This document shows positions 46,973 through 60,347 of a stretch of 64,000 nt of DNA, piece after piece; within the stretch, counting starts at the first letter, position 1, and each line of letters opens with the position of its first letter. The DNA is from the human T2T-CHM13v2.0 reference genome, Homo sapiens. The notes under the pieces were generated by a model. That model searched no databases, was not told the origin of the DNA, and saw only the letters and a program-made list of their open reading frames with translations. The stretch lies in the NCBI RefSeq assembly GCF_009914755.1, contig NC_060938.1. One strand, given 5' to 3'. Position numbers and translations under genes: made by a program.

Positions 46973-48468
46973 CAGTCACATCACTTAACACATTCAGTGA
47001 ACAAAGATGTTTTACTCCAATGCAGCTATTAGTAATATATTGCCCTAACTGGCAAGCGAATGCATCTACAGCATTCAAGTCAGTTAGACTATCAGCTACC
47101 GTTTGCATCCCCCAATGGGGCATGGAAGAACTTCTGGGTCCTTTCCACATCATATCCAACTTGTAGGTTGCCAGGAATACTGCCTTAGACTCTTCTATCT
47201 AGCCACATCTAGACACACTACTTTACCATTGCCACTAATTTTGGCGTGTGTCTCATATCAAGATTTTAAAAGAGATGGGAAAAGGTCCTACTATCAGCTT
47301 TTGCTATGATCTATCTAACTACCACCACTGCCAGTATTAGAATTCATAAGAGGATAGTAAAAGCACATGCATGTTTAAGAATTTATCAGCCCTTTTCTGT
47401 TAAAAATATACGAAATGTGTGGAGTGGGTAAAGTATCCATTTTTGCTGTGGCAGAAGATTTATTTTATAACTATTTTATTTGTCTCCTTTTTCATTCTCA
47501 AGATGATAATAATTCTGTTCTCATCTCTGGTACAATAAAAGTGGAGGAATAAGAAAGGGAACTCAGTCTCCACCCTAACATAGGAAGATCCAATAAGAGG
47601 CATTGCAAAAATATATCTCTCATTCTATATTTAGAAATTAGACTGCACAAAGAAGGAGTAAAATGATGGGGATTCAAAATCATGAAAGGTATTCTGTTTT
47701 CTTTTCATATGTGGTAAAAAGTGTGGGGATGATGACAGTGGAGACATAGTTTTCAAAGCTACAGGAATGAGAGAGAACAATTAGAGGAATAAACCAGGGG
47801 AAACTGGTGCAAATTTTACCTTCTCCTGTAGTCAGTAATAAGGTGAGCAAGGGAGATGGGGAAGGTTAGTGGGAGGGAGAGTGACAGGTGGTGGAGAAGG
47901 GGTAGAAATTGAGATATTTCAAGATTAATGGGCTATGTTTTCACTCTCCTTCCTAAAGATTAGATGCTATCTTCTGAAGGTGCCCATTTGTCTTTAGAAA
48001 CAAAATTCTTTAACGGTTTTTGAATTGGTTGCAAAAATATGAAAGTTACCTTTTTCAGGTTTTTATATTTTCTTGGAAATCGCAATATAAAGAATGGAAA
48101 CCAAGGAAAAATTACCTTGCTTGTCATGCTTGTTGAAGTGCTGGTAAGAGAATGTAGGTTGAATGAGGGAGAAAGCAAGACCAGAACTGACTGATACAAA
48201 GAACAGGAATTTTCAAAGTAACTCTAAATGAGGTCAAAGATGAATAATAGGACAGTGGTGTGTAGAAAGGTAGCTGTTATCATAGCATTAGAATATTAGC
48301 ACATTTCATTCTAGTTCTCACAACAGTAATTATAGTCTGGAAATATGTTGTTGAGGGCCAGTGGAATGAAACTGAAGGTCATTTTAGTTGAGGCAGTCTA
48401 AACAAATATAGAGATGGATTTTAGACAGGTGATTTTCAAAAGTATGAATGTCCTATATATATGTGATA

Positions 48469-49048
48469 ATGTTAGTTTAATATTGCTGAGTAGCAAATTA
48501 CTACAAACTTAGCCACTTGTTAAAAAAATTGTTACCTCACACTTCTGTAAGTCAAGGGTCTCTGCTAGCTCAAATGAACTTTCTGCTTGGGGGTCTCACA
48601 ATTTTGAAATTAAGGTGTTGGCCAGGCTGGGCTGTTATATAGAGTCTCTGGGAAAGAATCTGCTTCCAACCTCAGTCAGATTGTTGGCTGAATTTAGTCC
48701 ATTATCACCTGTAGGACTGAAACCTCTATTTTCTTGCTGTCAGTCAGCTGGGGCCACTGTCAGCTCCTAAAAGCCATCCACATCTCCTAGTAAATAGCTC
48801 TCTCTATGTTCAAAACTCGAAACAGTGCACTGAAGCTTGTGCTTCAAATATCTTACATCCTCTTCTTTTGATAGCCAAATAAAGCTCTCCGCTTTTAAGG
48901 GCTCACGTGATAAGATTAAACCCACCAGATAATCTCCCTTTTCTAAGGTTAAGTGTGCCACATAACAAGGGAATGATATCATACTTATAGGTTGTGGGGT
49001 TTTGGTGGGACATATTTGGGGTCCATTTTTGAAATTTTGTCTACCACA
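48469..49048 (-). mobile_element. MLT1 (ERVL-MaLR) solo LTR
   Basis: AAATTACTACAAACTTAGC...AAGGTGTTGGCCAGGCTG...TTTTAAGGGCTCACGTGAT...AATTTTGTCTACCACA. Confidence 0.85.
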
Positions 49049-51014
49049 GTTTATGAGGACCTGAAGAATTAGATCAAATTCCCAATAATATAAAGGTAGA
49101 CAGGTAATAATAACCTTAAAAAAAAGCGTCAGTCTGTTTGCCGTGAAACTTGCAGGTGTGCTTTTTAAATATGCATAAATACAAAAGATTTTAGAAGTGG
49201 TACTGTGGCACATTTCCAACTTCTGCAATATAGCTGGATGAGGTGGAGTAATCAACTATATTTACCTGAGGGGGCTACAGGGAAAGTGGTGATCTCAGGA
49301 GAGAAAAAGGCTTAAGTTAATGGAGAGTGAACCATGGAAAGTTTTAATAATTTGTGGCAACTTGCTGACAATTGAATGACATCTTCAAAAGGCTCAATAG
49401 AAAATAATAGTAGGATTCAGGGATGACGAGCTGCCAGTAAGTCAGTATGTATTAGGATGAAAATACGATAGGTATAAATTTTAAAAATTGCATTCTGTAT
49501 TTTGATTAAGAAGTCAGAGAGCAACGTCATGGATGGAACTGATTAGTCAAAACAAAACTTTGGGTCAAACATCCTTATGTATCAGCACAGACGAGGTTCC
49601 TGGTTGCTTCCTAAAGCTCAGACACATGATAAACCCATCAGAAATAAAGACCAGACCAGCCATTTAGACAAAACTACTGTGTAGCAGAAAGCATATGAAA
49701 TACCTGACAGGTGTAGAGTGAAATCAGGAGGGGCAGTATTCAGTGAAATGTGGACACCTAGCAGTCAAGAAAGCAAAAGATTATTTGGATATCTTTCTGA
49801 GGATTCTCTTTCTTAAAGATTAGGCAAATTCCATTTGTTTCCTCAAATTACAGATCCTGAGAGCTAAATGTTATTCTGGCATAGAGGGAATGATTGAACG
49901 AGCACCCTGGTTCAAAATGATTACAGTTAAATAAGGCTGATTTAATCACGACTTTCGATGTTCCTAATGTCATTGTAATTTATTCCAAGGCTCAGGAAAC
50001 TGAGAAGCATAATTTGATGGCTCTAGGTCACCACTAAGTTAAATTTAAGAATTAGAAGTAAAACCCATAGTTTAACTCAAACACAATGAAAACTAGAAAA
50101 CAAAAATGACAGGACTAGACAGGGAAGAATGAGACAATTCTTTGAAAGTTATTTTTCCCATTGGTGATCTCCAGATTATGTTTAGCTCTCCTGAAACACT
50201 CAGACTGCGGCTTATTAAATACCCACCTCTGTAACTGCAACATGCGACATCTGAGAATCCTTCCATTGAACTGTTTTTTGGAGATGAATGTGTAGTAAGG
50301 ACACTTCTTTACCATATCATATGTAAAACATGTCTTAATCATCCCAGCACTCGATCTATGCATAATTTAATGAAAAATAAAACCAAAAGTAAGATCATAC
50401 CATATTTCTAGTTTCTAGGACCTACGATTTAACTAGCCTACATCAGAGATATTATAATTTAGTGTAGTTCTGCAATGAATACTTAGAATATTACCCATAG
50501 TCTGTGGTTCTGGCTATGATGCTTTTTAGATGTATTAAATCATGTTTTGTTCACAACAGATTTTATAAAATGTTTCTCTTCGTGCAGTAAATAAATGTAT
50601 CACGAAATCAAAATATCGTTCTTATTTTTCCTCATTTTGCTTATAAATGCTGGATTTAACCATTTTGGCAGCCACAGAAAAGTTTCTATTTTAAAGGACT
50701 ATAGGTACTTTAATATATCTGGAAGTATAGTGGAAATCACTAGGAAAATATTATTAGATTTTAATTATATAGCTATACTCTTCAATATCTAATATTATAA
50801 AACTACATTTAATCAAAATATGAAATTTAACTCCAATACTGTTCCTATATCAGTTTCCTATATCTTAAATAATACCACAATACACTGTGCAATACAAAAC
50901 AGCATCATGGCAGTAATCAGCACCTTCTGCCTCAATGCCATCACATCCAAAGTATTCCAAGACCCATACATCCTACTGCTTACACAGTTAACAATGTGGT
51001 GTAGTCTCTAATGC

Positions 51015-51531
<517 letters not shown>

Positions 51532-51542
51532 TAGTTTTAACA

Positions 51543-51985
51543 TTTTTTTTAAAATATCAACTGTCATTTTAGATAAAGGAGGTACATATACAGGTTTATC
51601 ACATGGGTATATTGCACCCAGGTAGTGATCATAGTACCCAAGAAGTAGTTTTTCAACCCATACTTCCCTCCCTCCCTCCCCTGTCTAGTAGTCTGCCGTT
51701 CCATTGTTTCCATGTTTATGTCCATGTGTACTCCATGTTTAGTAAACAGAAAACCAAATACTCCATGAAGCAATTCTTAGAATTATGTCCTCCAGCTCCA
51801 TTCATGTTGCTGTAAATGATAAGATTTCATTCTTTTTGATGGCTGTGTAATATAATATGGTGTATATGTGCCATGTTTTCTTTATTCAGTTGAACATTGA
51901 TGGGCAACCAGGTTGAATCCATGTATTTGTTATTGTGAATAGCATGATGTTGAGCATATGAGTGCAAGTGTCTTTTCAGTATAAT
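51543..51985 (-). mobile_element. L1PB/late L1PA 3' end, interrupted by the provirus at 51986
   Basis: GGTACATATACAGGTTT..CATGGGTATATTGCACCCAGGTAGTGA.CATAGTACCC...TGTGAATAG. Confidence 0.85.
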
Positions 51986-52440
51986 TGAGGTAGGGGATGG
52001 GACTCACCTCCAGAGGCAGGAATTCAACTCCAGATCAGATTGAAGACTGGCTGAAATAGAGAAGAGGTGAAAGCACCTCTCCATAAGACAGGCCCATCAG
52101 TGCCATGTCCAGTTTACCAGTGACGTGGGCACTCAAGGAAGTTACCACTGATTTCCATGGCAATGAAGAGAAGTGCCACCATTCTTCTGAAAAATGCTGA
52201 ATAACCTGACTCTTAATTTGCACGTAATTAAACGTGAGTATAAATATGACTGCAGAGCTGCTCCTGAACTGCTACTCTGAGCACACTGCCTATGAGGTAG
52301 CCCTGCTCTGCAAGAACAGTACCTCTTCCACTGCTGTACACCGCTGCTTCAATAAAACTTGCTAACAACACTGGCTCATCTTTGAATTCTTTCCTGAGTG
52401 AAGCCAAGAACCCAGTTTGGAGGCTGCCTGCCTTGCATCA
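51986..52440 (+). repeat. 5' LTR (MER66/MER41-group)
   Basis: TGAGGTAGG...TATAAATATG (~52239)...AATAAA (52351)...CCTTGCATCA. Confidence 0.88.
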
Positions 52441-53772
52441 AGTAGCATCCAAAAGAAGCTGAACAAAGATGATGACATGAGAAACAGTGAGAGATGTCGC
52501 AGTCGGCAGTCAGCAAGGTGACAGTGAGAGAGGAGAAGTGGTGATTAACAAGACAACAGGCGGAGAGACAGAGACAGTGAAACAGTTAGTGATCAAGGCT
52601 GCAAGAGCTGTAACATTGAGGCTATAACACCAAAGATCTGCTAACACTGCAAGAGCTGTAACACTAACCAAAGGCTCTTTTCAGAGCCAACATTGTTCCT
52701 GGTAGGCGGAGCCCATTGGATGGGCAAGCAGCCACAGTACTGCTGCCCCATGTGGGACCTGCCACTCTTACTGGCAGTGGTGAGTTACTTGCCCCCATAG
52801 TGGCCCCTCCCACCATGATAACTAAGGCCACCCAAGCTGGGGTAATCTGAAGAAATCTTCGACTTGGTCCCATGTGGAAGATCAGTCAATGTCATTTTTG
52901 CTCCTGTGGATGGGTAACTTTCCTCTCTGCTCCATGATACTGGGTAAGCTAGCAAATAAAAGCCTTTAGCTAACTGGTCAGTTAAAAGTCCCCCATAGTT
53001 TGAGTGACTGGAATCATGTTCTTGTTACCCCTTTCCTCAGTCCTTTCTCCTCTATTTTATTGCTCCACAAGTCATTTTATTTGCAGTCCTAATATGAATG
53101 CTTTATCTCCAGTCTTTCATTTTTTGTTTTGAATTCCTGAGCAATTATTTAAGGCATGACAATTGGTTGTGAGAGGTCCTCATTGTGTCTATGCTGGGGT
53201 GCCAGAGTCACGTTGTTCTGTGGCCCCAACCACAACTTTGGGGTTCATGGTTGGGTGCCCACCAGATACTCCAGAATTTTCGGCTTTTGGTTGCTCCCAG
53301 ATCCTCCAGGGTTTCCAGCATTTTGTGTGGGGACCTTCCTTGGCTGATACTTGGATTCTCTGGGTTTTCAGAATTTGATATTTTTGGTCACCTCCTGGGT
53401 GCTCTGGGGTGTTTGTCACTGGCAGTCCCTCTAAGACTGTTAGTTGGAAGCCCACCCTAAGGGAATCTTGATTTTGCCTTTTCTTATTTTCTATTCTGAA
53501 GTTATCATTTTCCATAACAGCATTTTCTTCTTTAATTGTCATTTTATTTACATTTTTTCTTCTACACTTGGCTTAGTAAGAGTACTTCTTTTGTCATATT
53601 TCATTCACTAGCAAATGCTTTTAATCCACTTTTTAAACACCTTGCTACCCGTAATTAAACCTTCTCTGCAGGAAGCAAGTATCTACAAGGGAAAAATTGC
53701 AAGGTCCCTGTTGCTTTTCCTCTTGCTAGATTTAAAAAAAATTTTCTGTAATCAGTAAAATCTTTGTTAGAC

Positions 53773-55250
53773 ATGGGGAAAATGATGAGCATTCCAGAGG
53801 ACTCTCCACTAGGATGTGTTTTAGGCTATTGGAGTGAACTCAAATTTGGCTTAAAGAAAAAAATCTCATTTTCTGTTGCAATAAGATCTGGATTCAGTAC
53901 AAGTTAGAAAACCAAGAGATCTGGCCTTGCCATGGTTCTTTACATTATAATATTTTACAATTAGATTCATTCTGTAAAAAAAAGAAGAAAAATGAGAGGA
54001 GGTTCTTTATGTGTAGGCTTTCATGACCCTTTACTGGCTCTCATTATTTCCAGGCACAAGGAAACCACACCTAAGCGATCTCCTTCTAGCTGTTCCACTA
54101 GAAAGCTTATGCCCTCCCCAGAGTCTCCTCAGTTCCTCAGTGCTGAGAGGGGTCCTGCCAGTTCCCTAGGCCAAGATTACACCGTAAGGTCGTCAGGCAC
54201 CTCTCCCTCTTATCCAACTATCCTCAGCCTATACCCCCTGCTTCCTGAAAAATTAAGCGCAACCAGTATCACCAGGAATGGGACCCTATATCAGCCTCAA
54301 AAATGAAGGCTGTGTCCATTGTGGAAAGCAGCCAGTGGAGGTGGGGAGACAATCAGGGTACATGTGCCTTATTCGGTGTCTGATTTAGCTTCATGCAAGA
54401 AAAAAAAATTGTGTCAGGTTTTCAGAGGACTGAGGTAAGTTTATAGAGGAGTTTGTTAAGTTGACCATGTCCTTTGACTTAACTTGGCAAGATTTGAAAA
54501 TATTATTGTCCACTTGCTATATTATAGAGGAAAACCAAAGGATTCTGGGCACCTCCCATGAATATGCTGATGGAATGGCTGCTTGTAACCAGGGCCATGC
54601 CATTCATCATATGGGGGGAACCACAGTCCCAAATCTGGACCCCTAGTAGGGTTACCAAAGGGGTTCCCTAGATCTCAAATACAGAATTCAGATGGTAATT
54701 TGTTTAATAGAAGATATTAAAAACTGTGTGGTAAAGCCAGTTAATTATTGAAAGATTAGAGAAGTAACTCAGGGAAAGGATAAAAATCCCACTCTGTTTC
54801 AAGGCTATTTGGTTGAGGAAACATACTAATGTAGACACAGACTCCTCAGAAGGGAAAGCCCTCATGGATATTCAATCTTCCCCTGACATTTGGGGGAAGC
54901 TACAAAAAGCAGTAATGGAACCTCAAACCCTTATGATCCAATTCTTAAATGTAGCCTTTAAAGTTTACAACAATAGGGACAAGGCAAAATAGGTGAAAAA
55001 AAAAAAAGGCTTAGAATAGCAATGATTAATAAAGCCCCCTTTATTGCTTTAATCCCCCTATCCCCTAGGGTTACCTATTCCAAGAAAGTGTCATGAGTTC
55101 AGCTTCTGGGACACCCAGAGCAGAGCCTCTGACTCAACAGACCCTGGGCCAAAATCAGTATTCCTTCCAAAAGCAAAAGGGCCATTGACAATAAGAATAT
55201 CCTAACTGTCCTCAGTGAGAAAGGAAAAAGCTCCAGCTCAATACTAGATC
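53773..55250 (+). pseudogene. ERV1 gag, fragmented
   Basis: MGKMMSIPEDSPLGCVLGYW matrix start, capsid-like FDLTWQDLKILLSTC and VTQGKD*NP, and a decayed zinc knuckle near 55155-55205. Confidence 0.85.
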
Positions 55251-56989
55251 TAACCTTCCATTAGCCCCAGTGAGCTGTCTTGCTCAAGTAAGTCTACTGG
55301 GGGTTGTGGACTCTTGACCTGATAGACAGCTTTCCCCATTGGCAAATAAGCAGCCACCTGAATATTTTTCTTCAGTATCTCCATTGCTGGGTGAACTCTC
55401 TGGCAGCTCAGAAACTCCAGGGTGTTCCCTTTAGCAACACAGCTTGCCACCTCCCTTCCATATTTAATGTTATAAGATCCTCTTCCCTGCTTCTTCCTGT
55501 CTTTCATTCCTACTGGGAAAACCAACATTTGGCCAGGTAGGGAGGTGTCAATTTTTTAAATAATTTTGATCCAGTTGGCTTGTATAGGTCACTTCATTTA
55601 CGTTATGTGTTTTGTGTCTAGTTTCATATTAAATTGGCTTATAAATAAAAGAGCACTCATAAATTAAACAAATAAGACTAGTTTAAACTTTTCAGTTTGA
55701 AGAAAATGTTGTGTCTTCTAAAATTTAAGATTTTTACCTAGATAAACCACTGATGTTTGTAGGTTTTAGAATGGTTAAAGTGGCTTTAAACAGTAACCTT
55801 TGGTATAGTTAAAAATGTTAAAATTGTAGAATGGTTCTAATCTACAGAATGCAAATATCTGGTAGGCATTTCAGGATTTCTCACTTCCTAGGTTTACATA
55901 AAATGTGCTAAAGAAGATGTATTTTTATTAATAATTAAAAATGTGTTATTTCTAATTCAGAAGTTATTAAAAGGTAGGTTCAAAATATGATGAAACTGGT
56001 GAGTAGAAAAGAGATATGTAAAAAAAGTTATGAATTTAAAATATGCATTTTTGCAAGAAAGAATATAAAGAACGATGATTTTGTATGAAGAGCGATCAAG
56101 TATGGTAAATTCTTGCCATATAGTAAAATGACTGGTTATTTAAGAAATAGTATAAGACAAGTTGAAAAGTCCAAGCATGTTGTAGATCATCTGTGTAAGT
56201 TGTGATAAGAAATGGTCTACGTGTTAAAACCAAACCTTCTTAAGGTATTAATTTGCTAAATTATTAGAAGTTTAGTTTTTTGATCCTGTAATTTATTTTT
56301 TAAAGCTTCTCAAAGTCATGTAACTCTCTCTTTTAGCTTTTTCATCACTTTGGTGAGTTTTTCTCCTCTGATTCTGACTACTATTGTGGCTTGTTGCTGA
56401 AGTGTTGTGTCTTAGAGATCTTTGGGAGCACGTTTTCCCCCAATATAGCTTAATACTATGCTCTTGTTTTTTCTTTATGTGTAACCTTAAATTTAGATTT
56501 TATTTTTTTACTCATATTGCTTAAAAGGGTTTTAAGAGCTAATGATGCTTGCCCACCTCCATTCCTGTCTGTCCTAGAACATTTAATTGGCCATAAGTTT
56601 TTTGACTCTGAGACCCTTGGCCATAGGGGTCTCACTGAGGTACATGATGGACCTGGGGCAGGTAGTATACTACCCCAGAATCAGTATGAGACTAAATAAA
56701 AGCTCAGCCATTAATACTGCCTCTGGTATACCTTGATGAAAAGGGGTAAGATAAACTACAAAATTAATATCTATAGCCCACCAATGGACTGAATGAATGT
56801 ACCCATCTTGGCTAAGTAGAATTCTAGGAAAACCTGAAAAACTAATTTAGGCCATGATAAGGAAGAGGGAGTCAAACATGCCTCACTATACCTTTCCTTT
56901 CCCCTTAGGAATTTAAGCCAAGTTCAAAAGGCCCTCCAATATGAAAATAAGACATTGCTCTTCCTCATAAAGCTAAATAATAGCTCCCC

Positions 56990-57145
56990 TGTTCAACCAG
57001 GAGACTTAATCTTACTAAAAAGAAGGCTACCCTAAGGATTAATTACAACTAAAATGGAAAGGTTCCTATCAGATATTATTGAATACTCCCACCACTGTTA
57101 AACTTCAGGGAATAACTGCATGGGTATATCTATCCTGGATTAAAC
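56990..57145 (+). pseudogene. Integrase C-terminal (GPY/F module) remnant
   Basis: VQPGDLILLK...LKWKGSYQILLNTPTTVKLQGITAWVYLSWIK. Confidence 0.8.
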
Positions 57146-57394
57146 TTCTTAAAGTAACAGGCACAAAGAGATGACATCGTGACCTACATAATGAATATTT
57201 GGAAGACTTCCAGTACCTGTTTAAAATAATCAAAACTTGGCCAGAAGTGGTAATGCAATGCTGTGAATGGGGATAGGAGCACTAATTTTTCTCTTCTTCC
57301 TGATTGCAGTATTTTATATAGTTTGACCAACTGTCTTTTTCTGGGAAGCACCTCTTTTGTCCTTGTTAAGTGTAGAGGCCAATCTAAGGCCAAA

Positions 57395-58850
57395 CTGAAC
57401 ATCACACCTCCATTTTTAATCCTGTTTGCTCTCCCAATTACCCTAATACAGTGTAGGTGGGAACAAAACTCTACAATACATATTTCAAAAATTATATCAT
57501 CAGGGAATCGTCTTCATGGTTGCTGGATTTGTCATCAACATATTCCCAGATAGGGAATCCCACCTTCTGGCCTATCCAGAAAAATGTCAGCTGTTTCCCC
57601 AAATCTCCTAACCATAGAGATTCCAAAGTACCCAGATACCTACTTGTTAGGTGGAACTCTCCTCTACTTAATGAATTCCACCCAACCCCCGCTAGTATTA
57701 TTATGTGGACCTGAGAGCTTAAGTATCTATTAAAATAACTCCAGCACACTGATGATTCTATCTTTGCACCCACTGTTGTGTTAATGACACAAAAGCAGAA
57801 GTCTCTCTGCAATACTCTGATCCAACTCTAGTTTCCAAGTTCCCAAGACCACATAGCAAGGTAAATGAGATTCCACTTGTGAGCAAGGAAACCACATATG
57901 GTGCCTCCTCCTAAATCAAAACATACAGGCCAGGAACAACTACCTAATCTGGGAAGGTGGGAGCACCACTCCCTTCTGGAAAACAAAGATTGTTCAACCA
58001 TCTCCATTGGAACAGGAGAAGAATATTTCTATAGACCCAATTTGGCAGCAAAAGATAGACATCAGGACACCTGTAGGACCTCTATTTGTTCCACAACTAG
58101 GCTCATTTTTGGTTTTGGCTGCGAGGAAAAATAATGCCCAATAATATCACTTAATTCTCTGTGGGGTCCACCTGTTCTTTTAGGAACACCTTTCCCTTGT
58201 ACATCAAAAACTTGGAACAGAGGTGAATGTATGGTGGCCACTCATGCCTCTCCATGGGTCACAGTGTATAACTCCATAAGACCCAGTAACACCAGAAGTA
58301 AGTGAGCAAGAGGATTAATTCTGGTGGGAATCCAGGTGGTAATAAGACTAGTAGCACCCTAGGGAGGCTTTGCCTATCATGAGTCAAACCTAAAGAACCT
58401 GACTCAAACCCAAGAATCCTTAGCCACCAACACATGTCAGGCACTACAGGGAATTCAAGATTCCCTAGACTCTTTGGCAACTGTAGTTCTCAATAACACA
58501 CAAGCATTGGATTATTTACTAGCTGAACAAGGTGAAGTCTATGAAGTTATTAACAAAACCTGCTGCAGATGTATTAACAACTCTGGACAGGTTGAGGTTA
58601 ACATTCAAAACATCTATGAGCATGCTACCTGGTTACATAGATATAACCAGGACACTGACCCCAGCAATACCTGGTTGACTACTAAAAGTGCCTTCCCAAG
58701 TCTACCCAGTTTTTACTTCTTCTAGGACATTTAGTAGCTGTCTTGTTACGAATCTTTGGCCCTTGCTTGTTTAACCTCTTAGTAAAGTTTGTGTCTTTTA
58801 GATTACAACAAGTCCAGGTAAAAACAATACTGGCACAAGGCTTATAACCC
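57395..58850 (+). pseudogene. Gamma-type env pseudogene resembling ERVV-1/ERVV-2
   Basis: Hydrophobic leader then ISKIISSGNRLHGCWICH (CxxC at 57521-57532), furin site RSK* (58294-58305), fusion peptide GLILVG..AP*GGFAYH and immunosuppressive domain LNNTQALDYLLAEQG..INKTCC. Confidence 0.88.
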
Positions 58851-59049
58851 ATCCTATCTACTAACCTGGAGAATAAAAGCATCCTGCCTCTGGGCCCCTT
58901 AAATCAGATATCCAGAGATTTCTACTACTCTGGTGCTAGGCAGGGCCTATTCCTTAAACTCAGCAGGAAGCAGTTACATAAGACAGATTTCTGCCCTTCT
59001 GCAGCTCTCTTAAGATTAAAGGAAGAGTATCTAATCTCTGAGGGAGACA

Positions 59050-59245
59050 TGATGTAGGAGACAGGACTTAACTTCAGAGGCAAGGACTTGACTACAGACC
59101 AGATTGAAGACTAGCTGAAACAGGGAAGAGGTGAAAGCACGCCCCATAAGACATGCCCATCAGTGCAATGTCAGTTTAACATTGTTATGACAACTCCTGG
59201 AAGTTACTGTCTCTTTCTATGGCATTGACATGAAGTACCACTCTC
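59050..59245 (+). repeat. 3' LTR, truncated after ~195 bp
   Basis: Aligns by eye with 51986-~52185, then homology stops. Confidence 0.85.
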
Positions 59246-59269
59246 CAAGTAATCCTTACCCAAACTAGA

Positions 59270-59826
59270 AAAACTACCTTGTTATCTCTCTTCCTCTCTA
59301 TTCCTACCTTATAATCCATTTTCTCACTGTATACAGAGTAAGTGTTCCAAAAAGATAATATGATAGTGTCAGAGCCTGCAAAAACACATTTAGTGAATCA
59401 CCATAGCATTCAGGAGCATCATAATATGGTCCCATCCAGTTAGTGAAGCCACACATATTAAAGCTCTTCAAACTTCCAGCACTTTCTTATTACCCATACC
59501 TTCTCAAATGCTGTTTCCTTAATTCAAGCATACTTCCATTCTTCTATCCATTCATTCCTTTAGCTCCTCAAAGAGGCAGTTCAAGTGTCACCCTATGCAA
59601 ACTTTTCTGGTTCCTATCTTTAGGCTGAGTGAGAGGCCTCTTTTCTGTTTCACTTTCTACATGTATGCTATTTACTGAATATACATGTTATAATTCTCTT
59701 GTATATCACTCCCATTATCTCATGATATCCCTCAGAGCAAGGACAACATTTGTATTTTTAGTGTATGAATAAAACTTGGTTGATGCACAATAAATATTTA
59801 TTCAAAGAATAAATGGACGGTAAATG
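59270..59826 (+). mobile_element. L2 3' fragment
   Basis: Pyrimidine-rich L2-like body ending GCACAATAAATATTTTATTCAAAGAATAAATG. Confidence 0.6.
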
Positions 59827-59999
59827 AAAGAGGTGTTAAGACATGCTGGTGTCCATACACAATATCAATCCTTGCTAGGTTTATTTCTCGTCTACCAGAG
59901 CTCTAAATATGAGGAGTTGGGCACAGTCCCCAACATGCTACTCCTTTCCAACACATTTTTCTATATGTCTCATTCAAACCATAGTTACAAATATTTTCT

Positions 60000-60308
60000 A
60001 TGCTCCAAATTGACATCTCCATGTCTTAAATTTCCTATAAACTCCTGTGGTTTTTTTTCACATTTCCAGTGGGATATCTAGTAGGTAACTAAAATATAGT
60101 GTCCATAAGTGGTGTCTTTATTTTCTCTTCCCAAATCTCCCTTATTCTGTCTCAAAAACCAAACCAAACAGATTATGTTTCTTAAGCCAAGACCCCAACC
60201 CAGGAGTCCTTTCTTTATTTCAACACTGTCCCCAGACCCTGAGAAGTATTTTAAGTTCTTTTTTGAAAATTGTGCCATGAATCCCACCACTTCTTTATAT
60301 ACATTCAT

Positions 60309-60347
<39 letters not shown>

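Larger units (their letters stand above)
51986..59245 (+). mobile_element. MER66/HERV-V-like ERV1 provirus: LTR, long leader, gag, (pol deleted), integrase tail, env, truncated LTR
   Basis: Homologous LTRs start at 51986 and 59050 (CAGATTGAAGACT.GCTGAAA...GAAGAGGTGAAAGCAC...CCATAAGACA). gag, integrase and env motifs lie between them, with a purine tract GAGGGAGA before the 3' LTR. Confidence 0.88.

Noticed and set aside
50115-50363. 82-aa ORF in non-repetitive-looking DNA, possible exon
   Set aside because: It has no recognisable protein similarity, the plus-strand frames I translated contain stops, and I found no convincing splice-site pair.
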